From assembly GCA_965207225.1 (NCBI GenBank), contig CBDBLV010000004.1:576001-640000 (forward strand): a stretch of 64,000 nucleotides of DNA, written 5' to 3'. This DNA comes from Dehalococcoidia bacterium (GTDB lineage: Bacteria; Chloroflexota; Dehalococcoidia; Plut-88900). This document shows, one piece after another, positions 50,306 through 59,805 of this stretch (its first letter is position 1; each line of letters opens with the position of its first letter). Both the position numbers and the translations under genes were made by a program. The notes beneath the pieces are model-generated. The model had not been told where the DNA came from. It saw nothing but the letters and a program-made list of their open reading frames with translations, and made no database searches.

Positions 50306-51163
50306 TTGAATGAAGCGCAAAATCGCAAAGGAATCGCATTCAGGGACCTGCATTTGGCTGAAGGGATATTTGTCATGCCCAACGCGTGGAACGCCGGCAG
50401 CGCCTGCATGCTCGAAGCCGCCGGCTTCTCCGCAGTGGGAACCACCAGCGCGGGAATATCCTACTGCCTGGGGCTTCCCGACTATGAAGGCGTTCTAACC
50501 CGGGAAGCAGCCCTGGAGGAGACTGGTCGGATCGCAAACTCGATTCGGGTCCCGGTCAGTATGGATGCGGAAAATGGCTACGGACACACCCCCGGGGAGG
50601 TGGCCGAGACCATCCGAAAAGTCGCGGACACCGGCGCTGTTGGCGCGAGCATCGAGGACTATGCCTTCTCTTATGGCACCGGTGAGCTTTACGATAGGGT
50701 TTTAGCGAGGGAGAGAATCGAGGCTGCGGTGACAGCAGCGGCCTCCCTGCCGTTTCCCTTTACCGTGACCGCAAGAGCAGAGTGCTATCTTGTCGGACAC
50801 CCGAACCCCTACAGGGAATCAGTGGCAAGGGCCCAATCTTATCGGGATGCGGGAGCGGATTGCCTCTATGTGCCCGGCATTACGGACGCCGAGACCATCG
50901 GCCGCCTCGTGAAAGAAGTCGATGCACCGGTCAACGTCGTCATGGGCCTTGCCGGTAGTCCAATGAGCGTGAGCCAGCTTGAGGATCTGGGGGTAAAGCG
51001 GATCAGCATTGGCGGTTCGCTTGCCCGCGCAACCTTCGGGCTCATCCGAAGAGCTGCGGCTGAAATACGTGATCGCGGCACCTTTACCTTTGCAGATGGC
51101 CAGGTGCCGGACCCCGAGCTTTGTCAGTTCTTTTCGGACCGCCTGGATGAAAAGCGAAGCTAA
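50306..51163 (+). CDS. Isocitrate lyase/PEP mutase family protein
   Basis: PNAW, TTSAG, DAENGYG, IED, ARAE, GADCLYVPG. Confidence 0.92.
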   Translation: MNEAQNRKGIAFRDLHLAEGIFVMPNAWNAGSACMLEAAGFSAVGTTSAGISYCLGLPDYEGVLTREAALEETGRIANSIRVPVSMDAENGYGHTPGEVAETIRKVADTGAVGASIEDYAFSYGTGELYDRVLARERIEAAVTAAASLPFPFTVTARAECYLVGHPNPYRESVARAQSYRDAGADCLYVPGITDAETIGRLVKEVDAPVNVVMGLAGSPMSVSQLEDLGVKRISIGGSLARATFGLIRRAAAEIRDRGTFTFADGQVPDPELCQFFSDRLDEKRS

Positions 51164-51355
51164 CTTCAATGCCAAGTGAACCGCAAGGGAACGGCGTACA
51201 TTCGGACAACGAAATCCTGTCTCGGGAGATCAACGAGCGGATGAGGGCGAGGGCTGAGGGAGATAAGCCTATCCAGTAGTGGACTTCGCGTCGACAAGAA
51301 CGGATAATGGGCTGGCGTAGACGGCACGGTTTAGCCTATTCTGGGGAGGAATATC

Positions 51356-52594
51356 ATGGGTTACACAGGCAAGGTCATTTCCGGGGATTGCCATGTAGAC
51401 ATACCATGGCTGCCAGCAGACCTGTTCACGTCTAATGCTCCGGCGTATCTGAAGGACCGGATGCCCCACGTGCAGGATACCGATGACGGGGAGCAGTGGT
51501 TTGCCGGCGACAGACAGTTGGGATGCGTCGGGGGGGCGGGCCTAGGGTTACAACCGAGCCTCTTCTGGGACCCATACGTGGCCGGGGTGAACGAGAGGCT
51601 GGACCGGATGGAAGAGAAGAACTTCTTCACCGACGCACGTCAAGGCCTGTTCCACCCCACCACCCCCGAGCTTCGCCTTAAAGACCAGGACACGGACGGA
51701 ATTTCGGGCGAGGTGCTTTACGGCGTGCTCGCCCTGGCGAGTGGATTCGGGACGACGCAGGCCGGAGAGGAAGGGGCGGTATTAGGAGGGGACGAGGCGA
51801 GCGGCCCGGGTTACGGTCTTACGGATCCCGATGCCATCCTTACAGTCTTCGAAATCTACAACCAATACATATCCGACTTTTGCAAGACGAATCCCGACAG
51901 GCTAGCGGCGTTGGGCTGCCTTTTTGCCAGGGACCCGGAAGAGGCTGCCGGACAGGCGCGCAAAGCTGCGGAGGTCGGGTTGAAGGGCACCGAGCTCAAT
52001 GTCGCCTCCACGCAAGAGCCGATTTACTTGAAGGAATGGGACCCCCTTTGGGCAGCGGTTGATGAATCAGGTCTGCCGATCGCCTTCCACACTGTCGGGT
52101 TGTCGCCCCGGGCCCCGACGAGGGAGACCACCGCAGCAGAGAAAGCGGTGATGACCGGGGTGTCACTAACGGTGTTCCAGCTCTCGGGGGCGGAGTTCGT
52201 GTCGAGCATCATATTGTCGGGCGCCTGCGAGCGATTCCCCAACATGAAGTTCGTGCTGGGAGAGTGCGGCATCGGGTGGCTGCCCTACGTCCTGTTCCGG
52301 ATGGACGATGAGGCGGAGCGCTGGAAGATCGGTGAGCATGGGTTGAAGATGAAGCCGTCCGAGTACTGGCACCGGCAGGGCTACTCCACCTTCCAGATAG
52401 AGTACTTGACCAACGAGATGGTGGACATGGTGGGCGCCGACAACATCATCTGGGGCTCCGACTACCCGCACCCCGACTGCGTCTGGCCGGACTCCCGGTC
52501 CGTAATCGACGAGAACCTGGGGCACCTGGACAAGGACAAACTGAAGAAAATCGTGTGCGACAACACGGCCAGGCTCTACGGCTTCCCCAACTAA
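51356..52594 (+). CDS. Amidohydrolase_2 family protein
   Basis: SGDCH, FHTVG, FQLSGAEF, WGSDYPH. Confidence 0.92.
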   Translation: MGYTGKVISGDCHVDIPWLPADLFTSNAPAYLKDRMPHVQDTDDGEQWFAGDRQLGCVGGAGLGLQPSLFWDPYVAGVNERLDRMEEKNFFTDARQGLFHPTTPELRLKDQDTDGISGEVLYGVLALASGFGTTQAGEEGAVLGGDEASGPGYGLTDPDAILTVFEIYNQYISDFCKTNPDRLAALGCLFARDPEEAAGQARKAAEVGLKGTELNVASTQEPIYLKEWDPLWAAVDESGLPIAFHTVGLSPRAPTRETTAAEKAVMTGVSLTVFQLSGAEFVSSIILSGACERFPNMKFVLGECGIGWLPYVLFRMDDEAERWKIGEHGLKMKPSEYWHRQGYSTFQIEYLTNEMVDMVGADNIIWGSDYPHPDCVWPDSRSVIDENLGHLDKDKLKKIVCDNTARLYGFPN

Positions 52595-52647
52595 GGGCTT
52601 GCCGGAATAACAGCGCGAAGAGAGAAAGCACTTTTAGGAGAACAGTA

Positions 52648-53877
52648 ATGGGTTACACGGGCAAAGTTATCTCGGGAGACTGCCATCTGGACATTCCGTG
52701 GTTGCCGGAGGACATCTTCACTTCTCGTGCGCCAGCGCACCTGAAGGACAGGATGCCAATGGTTAAGGAAACGGACGCAGGCAGGCAGTGGTTTGCCGAG
52801 GACGGACTTCTGGGCTGGGTTGGAGGGGCGGGAATCGGCCTTGTACCCGGGGGTTGGGACCCCTATCAAGCGGGTGTATCCAACAGGATGGACCGAATGG
52901 AGGAACTGAACTTCTATTCGGACGCCGACAGGGGGCTGCTCCGGCCTGGAACGCCGGATCTGAGAATAAAGGACCAGGACGCCGACGGCATCAGTGGGGA
53001 GGTCATATACGGTGTGCTGGGGCTGGCCGGGTTCGCGGGCACCCAGGCTGATGAAGTTGAGACTATCCAGATGGGTGACGAACCGAGTGGCGCTGGCTAC
53101 GGGCTGCATGATGAGGAACTCATCACCGCTGTGTATAACGCCTACAGTGAATGGATATCCGAGTTCTGCAAGACCAGCCCAGACCGGTTTGTGGGGTTGA
53201 CCTGCCTGACCCCGAGCGACCCCCAAATTGCGGCCGGGCAGATGCGCCGGGCGGCGGAGTTGGGTCTCGGGGGAGCGGAGATTAACATAGGCTCGGCCCC
53301 GAACCCGCTCTACCACAACAGCTGGGACCCCCTCTGGGAGGCCGCCAGCGATACGGGTCTGCCCATATCTTTCCACACGGTGGGGCTCGAGCCCCGGATG
53401 CCGAGAGTGGAGGAATTCGACGACTACAAGTGGGTCATAAACGGGCTGTTCATCACCATGTTCCAATTGGCCGGTGCGGAGTACCTCGCCAGCATCATCT
53501 ATAGCGGAGCCCTGGACCGTCAGCCGAATATGAAGTTTGTGCTCGGCGAATGCGGCATCGCCTGGATCCCCTACGTGCTCTTCCGCATGGATGAAGAGTA
53601 TCAAAGACAGCTGTTCCACATCGGCCTGAGTCTGAAGCCCAGCGAATACTGGGAGAGGCAGGGTTATTCCACCTTCCAGATCGAGCACCTGACCAATGAG
53701 ATGGTAGACCTGGTGGGAGAGGACAAAATAATGTGGGGCTCCGACTATCCTCACCCCGACTGCATTTGGCCCGACTCACGAGCCGTGATCGATGAGCACC
53801 TCGGACACCTGGACGAGGCAAAGATACAGAAGCTGGTGTGTGACAACACGGCTAAACTGTACGGCTTTCCGAACTAG
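52648..53877 (+). CDS. Amidohydrolase_2 family protein
   Basis: Tandem paralog of 51356 gene (MGYTGKVISGDCH). Confidence 0.92.
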   Translation: MGYTGKVISGDCHLDIPWLPEDIFTSRAPAHLKDRMPMVKETDAGRQWFAEDGLLGWVGGAGIGLVPGGWDPYQAGVSNRMDRMEELNFYSDADRGLLRPGTPDLRIKDQDADGISGEVIYGVLGLAGFAGTQADEVETIQMGDEPSGAGYGLHDEELITAVYNAYSEWISEFCKTSPDRFVGLTCLTPSDPQIAAGQMRRAAELGLGGAEINIGSAPNPLYHNSWDPLWEAASDTGLPISFHTVGLEPRMPRVEEFDDYKWVINGLFITMFQLAGAEYLASIIYSGALDRQPNMKFVLGECGIAWIPYVLFRMDEEYQRQLFHIGLSLKPSEYWERQGYSTFQIEHLTNEMVDLVGEDKIMWGSDYPHPDCIWPDSRAVIDEHLGHLDEAKIQKLVCDNTAKLYGFPN

Positions 53878-53920
53878 CAGAAAACCGAGCGCCGACTGAC
53901 ACATAGCGGGGAGGAAGACG

Positions 53921-55630
53921 ATGGCTGAATTTGACGTCGTAGTCAGGAATGGGACCGTGGTTGAAGCGACGGGGATTCCCGCGTACAGGGCGGATGTCGG
54001 GATCAAGGGCGGGAAGATTGCCCAGATAAGCGGCAAGGTCCGGGGTTCGGGGGGGAAGGAGTTGGATGCCACGGATTGCATCGTGGCACCGGGGGCGGTG
54101 GAGCAGCACGCCCATTATGACGGCCAGATCAACTGGGACCCGTACTGCAGCTTGTCGGGGTGGCACGGGATGACGTCGATGACAATCGGGCACTGTGGCT
54201 ATGGCGTCGCGCCGGTCAGGCCCGAGGACCGGGAAGCCAACATGCAGCTCCATTCGCGCATCGAGGCGATACCGCTGCACTCGATGCGGGCAGGAATTCG
54301 ATGGGACTGGGTGACCTTTCCCGAATACCTGGACAGCCTTCAGCGGCAAGGGACAGGGGTGAACGTGGGGGCAATGTTTGCGTACTCACCGGCCCGGGTG
54401 TGGGTGATGGGCGCGGAGGAAGCTGCTAACCGGGGCTACGTGACGCAGGAGGAATTGGAGCAGATCCTGGCGCTGTTCAGGGAGGCGCTGGATGCGGGCG
54501 CATTCGGTTTTTCATTGAACAAGAACATGGCAGACCGTCCGGCGACCGGCGGCTACCTGCCCACCCACGTTGCCGCTGACGATGAGTTCGAGGCGATGGC
54601 GCGATTGCTGGGGGAATACGGGCTCGGGGGGATCACGATGACCCTCGGGAGCACGGATGACCAAGGCCGGGACATGCTGGTCGAGAAGATGGCCAGGGCC
54701 AGCGGTCGGCCGGTGCAGTTCGCGGCCCTGAACTACAGCGACCAGGACCCGCAGCAGTACAAGAGGCAGCTTGCCTGGGTGGAGGATGCCAAGGCTCGGG
54801 GGCTTTCGATATATGGCCAGTCTATAGCCATGCCCATCGACCCGAGGTTCAAGCTATCCGAGTTCAACCTGTTCGACGACATGCCGAACTGGTTCACGGC
54901 ACTTCTCGGGACACGAGAGGAGAGGATCGAACGACTGAACCTGAAAGAGACCCGGGACGGGATGAAGAAGGACATCGCAGAGTGGGAGGAGACGGACTTT
55001 CACAAAGACTGGTCCAAGTTCAACGTGCTGGAGACGATAAACGAGCGGAACTACAAGTACGACGGGATGAGCATTGCTGAGATAGCGGCTACTGAGGGGA
55101 AGGACCCTGTTGATGCGCTCCTGGACCTGAGCCTGGACGAGGGTCTGGAGACGGAGTTCAGTTTGTCGGGGCTGGTGGGTGGTAACCAGGCAGCAGACGT
55201 GGAGACGTTGACTCACCCGCTGACCCACCCATCGTTTTCCGATGGAGGGGCGCACGTCAGGTTCTTCACCACGAGCACATGGCCAACGTACCTGCTGAGT
55301 CACTGGGTGCGGGACGAGGGGGCACTGACCCTGGAACAGGCCCATTACAAGATGAGTGCGTTGCCTGCATGGCTGGCCGGGTTCCGGGACAGAGGAACCC
55401 TCCGGGAAGGCATGGCCGCCGACATGATCGTGTACAACCTGGACGAGATAGGCTTCGAGACGGACAAGCCCGAGTACGCCACCGACTTCCCCGGCGGCGA
55501 AAAGCGGCTCATCCAGAAGCCAAAGGGCATGCGCTACATCATGGTCAACGGCACGGTGACTTTCGAGGAGAACAGGTGCACGGGCGCACTGCCGGGCAAC
55601 GTCCTGCGGAGCTACGACATGATCGGCTAG
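53921..55630 (+). CDS. N-acyl-D-amino-acid deacylase family amidohydrolase
   Basis: HAHYD, GHCG, SDGGAH, DRGTLREGMAAD. Confidence 0.9.
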   Translation: MAEFDVVVRNGTVVEATGIPAYRADVGIKGGKIAQISGKVRGSGGKELDATDCIVAPGAVEQHAHYDGQINWDPYCSLSGWHGMTSMTIGHCGYGVAPVRPEDREANMQLHSRIEAIPLHSMRAGIRWDWVTFPEYLDSLQRQGTGVNVGAMFAYSPARVWVMGAEEAANRGYVTQEELEQILALFREALDAGAFGFSLNKNMADRPATGGYLPTHVAADDEFEAMARLLGEYGLGGITMTLGSTDDQGRDMLVEKMARASGRPVQFAALNYSDQDPQQYKRQLAWVEDAKARGLSIYGQSIAMPIDPRFKLSEFNLFDDMPNWFTALLGTREERIERLNLKETRDGMKKDIAEWEETDFHKDWSKFNVLETINERNYKYDGMSIAEIAATEGKDPVDALLDLSLDEGLETEFSLSGLVGGNQAADVETLTHPLTHPSFSDGGAHVRFFTTSTWPTYLLSHWVRDEGALTLEQAHYKMSALPAWLAGFRDRGTLREGMAADMIVYNLDEIGFETDKPEYATDFPGGEKRLIQKPKGMRYIMVNGTVTFEENRCTGALPGNVLRSYDMIG

Positions 55631-55681
55631 GTTGAGTTAACATAGGACTGTAGAAGGGGGACGGTAATCGTCCCCCTAGTC

Positions 55682-56014
55682 ATGTCCAAAACGAGAGCAG
55701 ATATGAGGATAAAGGAAGGCACGAGACAGGTTGTCCGTCGGGGGGAGGGGTTTGAGATAGAGGTGGACAGAATCCCGAGGCAGGCGTTTGAAGGGGAAAA
55801 CGTGGCCTCGGTGATGCTCGCCAGCCGGACCCGAACCCTGCGCAAAACGAGAAAAGCGGAAGAGCCCCGGGGCCTGTTCTGCGGAATCGGGGTGTGCTAC
55901 GACTGCCTCGTCGTTGTGGATGGAAGGTCGAACGTACGGGCCTGCATGACCAGGGCTTTGCCTGGAATGAAGGTGCAGACACAGGAAGGCATCGGTGGAG
56001 TGGTGGAGGGATGA
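55682..56014 (+). CDS. 2Fe-2S subunit, HcnA/sarcosine oxidase-like
   Basis: GLFCGIGVCYDC..RAC. Confidence 0.9.
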   Translation: MSKTRADMRIKEGTRQVVRRGEGFEIEVDRIPRQAFEGENVASVMLASRTRTLRKTRKAEEPRGLFCGIGVCYDCLVVVDGRSNVRACMTRALPGMKVQTQEGIGGVVEG

Positions 56015-57417
56015 GGGGCGTCGGCCTGGCGATAATCGGGGCGGGGCCCGCGGGGTTGTCGGCGGCGATTGCCGCGGCGAAATGCGGGCTGCGGCCAGTG
56101 GTGATTGACGAAAACCCAATGCCGGGAGGTCAGATATTCCGGCAGCTTCCGCGGGAGTTCCAGGTTGAGCTGCCGGAAGCGCTCGGCCTCACCTACGAAA
56201 AGGGTCAGAAGCTACTTACTCGGGCCTATGATGCGAATATAGAGCTGAAGCTGGGGACGACTGTATGGGGACTGTTCGATCCACTCACCCTTGGCCTGGA
56301 GTGCGATGGCAAGGCCGAGTCGCTTCAGTGCGGGGCCCTCGTTCTGGCCACGGGCGGCTATGACCGTGCGATCCCGTTTCCCGGTTGGACGCTGCCTGGG
56401 GTGATGACGTTGGGAGGTGCACAGACCTTGGTGAAGAACCAGAGAATGCTGCCTGGCAGGAAGATCATATTGTCGGGGTCGGGGCCGTTTTTACTGCCGG
56501 TGACGTCGCAGTTGGTGGAAGCAGGGGCGAACATCGTAGCCGTACTGGAAGCTTCGAAGCCGATGGGTTGGCTTCCAAGAGTGTCTGCGTTGTGGGGCCA
56601 GTGGGACCGGTTCCGGGAAGGTTGGGACTACCTGAAGCCACTGTTGAAAGCTCGGGTTGGGGTACGGTTTGGACAAGCGGTGATCGAGGCCTGGGGCAAG
56701 GAAAAGGTGGAGGGGGTGGTGACGGCATCCCTGGACGATGACTGGCGCCCCATAGCCGGTACTGAGAGGACGATATTGGTCGATGCCGTGGCTGTTGGAT
56801 ACGGGTTCTCCGTAAACACGCAACTCTCGCGGCTGTGCCGGTGCGAGCACCAGTTCAAGAAGGGATACGGGGGTTGGACGGTCAAAGTGGATAGCAGGCA
56901 AGGGACCTCTGTGGCCAAGGTGTTTGCGGCGGGAGAGACGACGGGAATCGGAGGGTCTGACATAGCGGCAGCGGAGGGATCGATTGCTGGATACTCGGCG
57001 GCTCAAGCCCTGGGGATGATATCGGAATCGGAAGCAAGGGCGCGACAGAAGCCGTACCTGGAAAGGCTGCGGAAGCTCCGCCCCTTCGCGCGGATGATGG
57101 CCGACTTGTTCAGCCCTCGGGACGGCTTATTCAATCTTACGTCGCCTGAAACAGTGGTCTGCCGGTGCGAAGAGGTTACAGCGGCGCAAATTCACGAGGC
57201 CATTGACAACGGGGCAAGTGACCTGACGGGCGTGAAGTCGAGGACACGGGCGGGGATGGGGATGTGCCAGGGCAGGGTGTGCGGGGCTTCGGTGGCGACG
57301 CTGGTGGCCCGACGGACGAGTCGCTGGCAGGGGGAGGTTGGCGCCTTCTCTGGCAGGCCCATAGTGAAACCCGTGTCGATGGGGGCACTAGCCAAGATGG
57401 GGCGAGGCGAATCGTGA
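56011..57417 (+). CDS. FAD/NAD(P) oxidoreductase with BFD-like 2Fe-2S, HcnB/OoxA-like
   Basis: GAGPAG, PFPGWTLPG, CRCEEV, GMGMCQGRVC; ATGA coupling. Confidence 0.9.
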   Translation: MRGVGLAIIGAGPAGLSAAIAAAKCGLRPVVIDENPMPGGQIFRQLPREFQVELPEALGLTYEKGQKLLTRAYDANIELKLGTTVWGLFDPLTLGLECDGKAESLQCGALVLATGGYDRAIPFPGWTLPGVMTLGGAQTLVKNQRMLPGRKIILSGSGPFLLPVTSQLVEAGANIVAVLEASKPMGWLPRVSALWGQWDRFREGWDYLKPLLKARVGVRFGQAVIEAWGKEKVEGVVTASLDDDWRPIAGTERTILVDAVAVGYGFSVNTQLSRLCRCEHQFKKGYGGWTVKVDSRQGTSVAKVFAAGETTGIGGSDIAAAEGSIAGYSAAQALGMISESEARARQKPYLERLRKLRPFARMMADLFSPRDGLFNLTSPETVVCRCEEVTAAQIHEAIDNGASDLTGVKSRTRAGMGMCQGRVCGASVATLVARRTSRWQGEVGAFSGRPIVKPVSMGALAKMGRGES

Positions 57418-58568
57418 GTCCTGGCGCAACAACTGTGGATGCTGTGGTGGTGGGTGGGGGCATAGTCGGGACTTCCACGGCGTATCACCTGACCAAGATG
57501 GGGGCGAAGGTTGCCCTGTTGGAGCGCGGTGCGATCGCATCCGGAACCTCGGGGGCGTGCGACGGGCAGATATTGATAGCGGACCGGCACCCGGGCCCCG
57601 AGCTTGAGCTGGGCAAGCTGGCCGCACGCCGGTGGAAAGACCTCGCACAAGAGCTGCCCTTTGACGTGGAATACGAGGCAAACGGCAGCACTTTGATAGC
57701 CGAGGTGGAGGAAGATCTAGAGGTCTTGAGGAAGCTGGTAGATAACCTGCAAAGGGAGTCGGTGGAGGCGGAACTTGTTGATGGGCGTGCGGCGAGAGAG
57801 CTGGAGCCCAACTTGGCTCAGGACATACCGGGCCTCGCCTTCTTCCCGAGTCACGGACAGGTACAGCCGCAACTCGCCTCGTGGGCAATGGCAGAGGCCG
57901 CGAGACTCAGGGGGGCTGACGTCAGGCCTTACACACCCGTTACGGCGATCGAGCAGGATGATAATGGGAGGATCTCGGGGGTTGTGGCTGGAGAACAGAG
58001 ATTTTCAACGCCCGTAGTGGTGTGCGCGGCTGGGGCATGGAGCTCGACGATTGGGGAGATGGTGGGAGTAGATGTTCCTGTAACGCCGAGGCGAGGGCAC
58101 ATACTGGTCTCGGAGCCTGCGCCGCCGATAATCAAGCATGCGGCCATGGAGGCATCCTACACCCGGACGATAGATGCGGACGAGTCGGCGCTGGTGGTGG
58201 CGTGCGTAATCGAACACACCAAGAGCGGGCCCATGCTGTTCGGGAGCAGCCGAGAGTTCATCGGGTTTGATGGGAACGAACAGATGGCGGCCGTGACCGG
58301 CATAGCGGCGAGGGCGGTGCGTTTCTTCCCGGCGCTGGCCGGAGTGCAGATCATCCGGTGCTACACGGGATTCAGGCCGTACACCGAGGATCACCTGCCG
58401 ATCCTGGGGGCATGCGACGAAGTGCCGGGTTTCTACCTGAACACGGGTCACGAGGGCGGCGGAATCTGCATGGGGCCGGCGTCCGGGATGTTGGTGGCGC
58501 AGATGGTGTCGGGGGAGGAGACGGATATCCCGATGGAGGCGTACAACATCGCGAGGTTTGTGCAGTAG
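57414..58568 (+). CDS. FAD-dependent oxidoreductase (DAO family), HcnC/OoxB-like
   Basis: VGGGIVG, AAGAWS, GFRPY, GHEG; GTGA coupling. Confidence 0.9.
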   Translation: MSPGATTVDAVVVGGGIVGTSTAYHLTKMGAKVALLERGAIASGTSGACDGQILIADRHPGPELELGKLAARRWKDLAQELPFDVEYEANGSTLIAEVEEDLEVLRKLVDNLQRESVEAELVDGRAARELEPNLAQDIPGLAFFPSHGQVQPQLASWAMAEAARLRGADVRPYTPVTAIEQDDNGRISGVVAGEQRFSTPVVVCAAGAWSSTIGEMVGVDVPVTPRRGHILVSEPAPPIIKHAAMEASYTRTIDADESALVVACVIEHTKSGPMLFGSSREFIGFDGNEQMAAVTGIAARAVRFFPALAGVQIIRCYTGFRPYTEDHLPILGACDEVPGFYLNTGHEGGGICMGPASGMLVAQMVSGEETDIPMEAYNIARFVQ

Positions 58569-58884
58569 AGGCGGCAGTGACTGCCTAGTCGGGAGTGGTC
58601 TGCCAGCGGTGCTGATTGCCCTCGTTCCGAGGAAGTGGTTTTTGATTGTTTTGCGGATTCAGGCACGGCTTTGATTGTTTAAGGAAAAAATCTTCATTTG
58701 CCTGTTCACCCTCGCCCCGCACCGCCCCTGGATTCCCGACTTCTCGGGAATGACGAGTAGAGGGGGATGGATTCCGGTTCGGGGGTGGGAGTGACGGGTT
58801 AGATGGGTGGGGATGATTGTGGGGGAGGTGGGGTTGTTTGGTTGTGGGGTCTGGGTTTGCATTTTGTCTGTTGGGTTTTGGGTC

Positions 58885-59332
58885 GGCGATGGAAGACGCT
58901 GTCCGGACTTTGACCCTGTTCCTATCCAGGCAGCTTGTAGGTGTCCCGGGGTCGGGGGACACCTGCCGCCGGCAATTGCTATGCCTCCACGTACTAAGTA
59001 CGGGCTTGCACGCCACACAGGCCGCGAGCAATCGCCAAGCGTCCTCGTACCAAGCAAGTACGGGCCGCAGGCCACTTACGCCGGTGAGTTCAACCGGCCA
59101 GGCCCAGCTCCCTGAGAGAGCGGCAGCATTGGGCCGCCGTCGAAACGGCTTTGTCTTGCCCTGCCGCCAGAGCGCATCTAGGCGCTCGGCCCGCCTCAAA
59201 CGACGTCGAAAGGACTCGCAGGGGGCCGGCCTCGACCCTCACGTATAAGAGGGGAGGCCAAGGCCTCTACCCTCATGCACTGAGGGGGAGGCCGGACGGG
59301 AACGGTGTAGACCAGAGCGTCTATCCATCGCC
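58885..59332. ncRNA. Putative structured non-coding domain, cassette 3 (unknown family)
   Basis: Terminal IR GGCGATGGAAGACGCT / AGCGTCTATCCATCGCC enclosing about nine hairpins; homologous ends to cassette 2. Confidence 0.6.
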
Positions 59333-59435
59333 TGGAAGACCAGGGAAGAGTGCATGGGACCCTGTGGGGTCGGGTGGGCTTCCCCGGTTTTTTGGTTCCC
59401 CCTTTGGATATGAATAACAGTTCGAAACTGAGGAC

Positions 59436-59463
59436 AGTTTAGCACGATTGTAATAGGGGTCAA
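59436..59463 (-). promoter_or_regulatory. sigma70-like promoter of cassette 3
   Basis: TTGACC-16-TAAACT with TG extension; AAACTG-AGGA-CAGTTT IR overlaps the -10. Confidence 0.65.
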
Positions 59464-59509
59464 GGGGTTTTGGCGTGGTTTTTGGGGGACATAGGCGGCG
59501 GGTCGGCCA

Positions 59510-59745
59510 GTGTGGGTCGCCCCACCCCAGGGCGACCCGCCGGTCGCCCCTACGGGGGAGACGAGCGCGGGTGGCGTCCAGTGTGCCCACTAGGGGCACC
59601 CCTACGAGGGATGGGTGTCCCCCCGATTTCACACAGGCAGGCCAGGGTCGGGAATGGCGGATAGGGGGCAGGAGGCGCATGGCAAGGGGCGGGGTTGGTT
59701 TGGGGCGGGGCGCTACGGATTCCTCGCAGGGCCTCGGAATGGGAC
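59510..59745 (-). repeat. GTAG-type and other REP-like repeats upstream of cassette 3
   Basis: GGGCGACC-cgcc-GGTCGCCCCTAC, GTGCCC-acta-GGGGCACCCCTAC, GGATTCCTCGCAGGGCCTCGGAATG. Confidence 0.7.
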
Positions 59746-59805
59746 ACGAGAGGGCGCCGGGATGGGACAGGTTGGGTGGACAGAGTGGAGTAGAATCGGG
59801 GTGTT

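Noticed and set aside
58585-59199. ORF sharing the peptide ASSIADPKP with ORF 21986-22267
   Set aside because: The shared peptide is just the translation of the conserved terminal stem; there is no similarity elsewhere.
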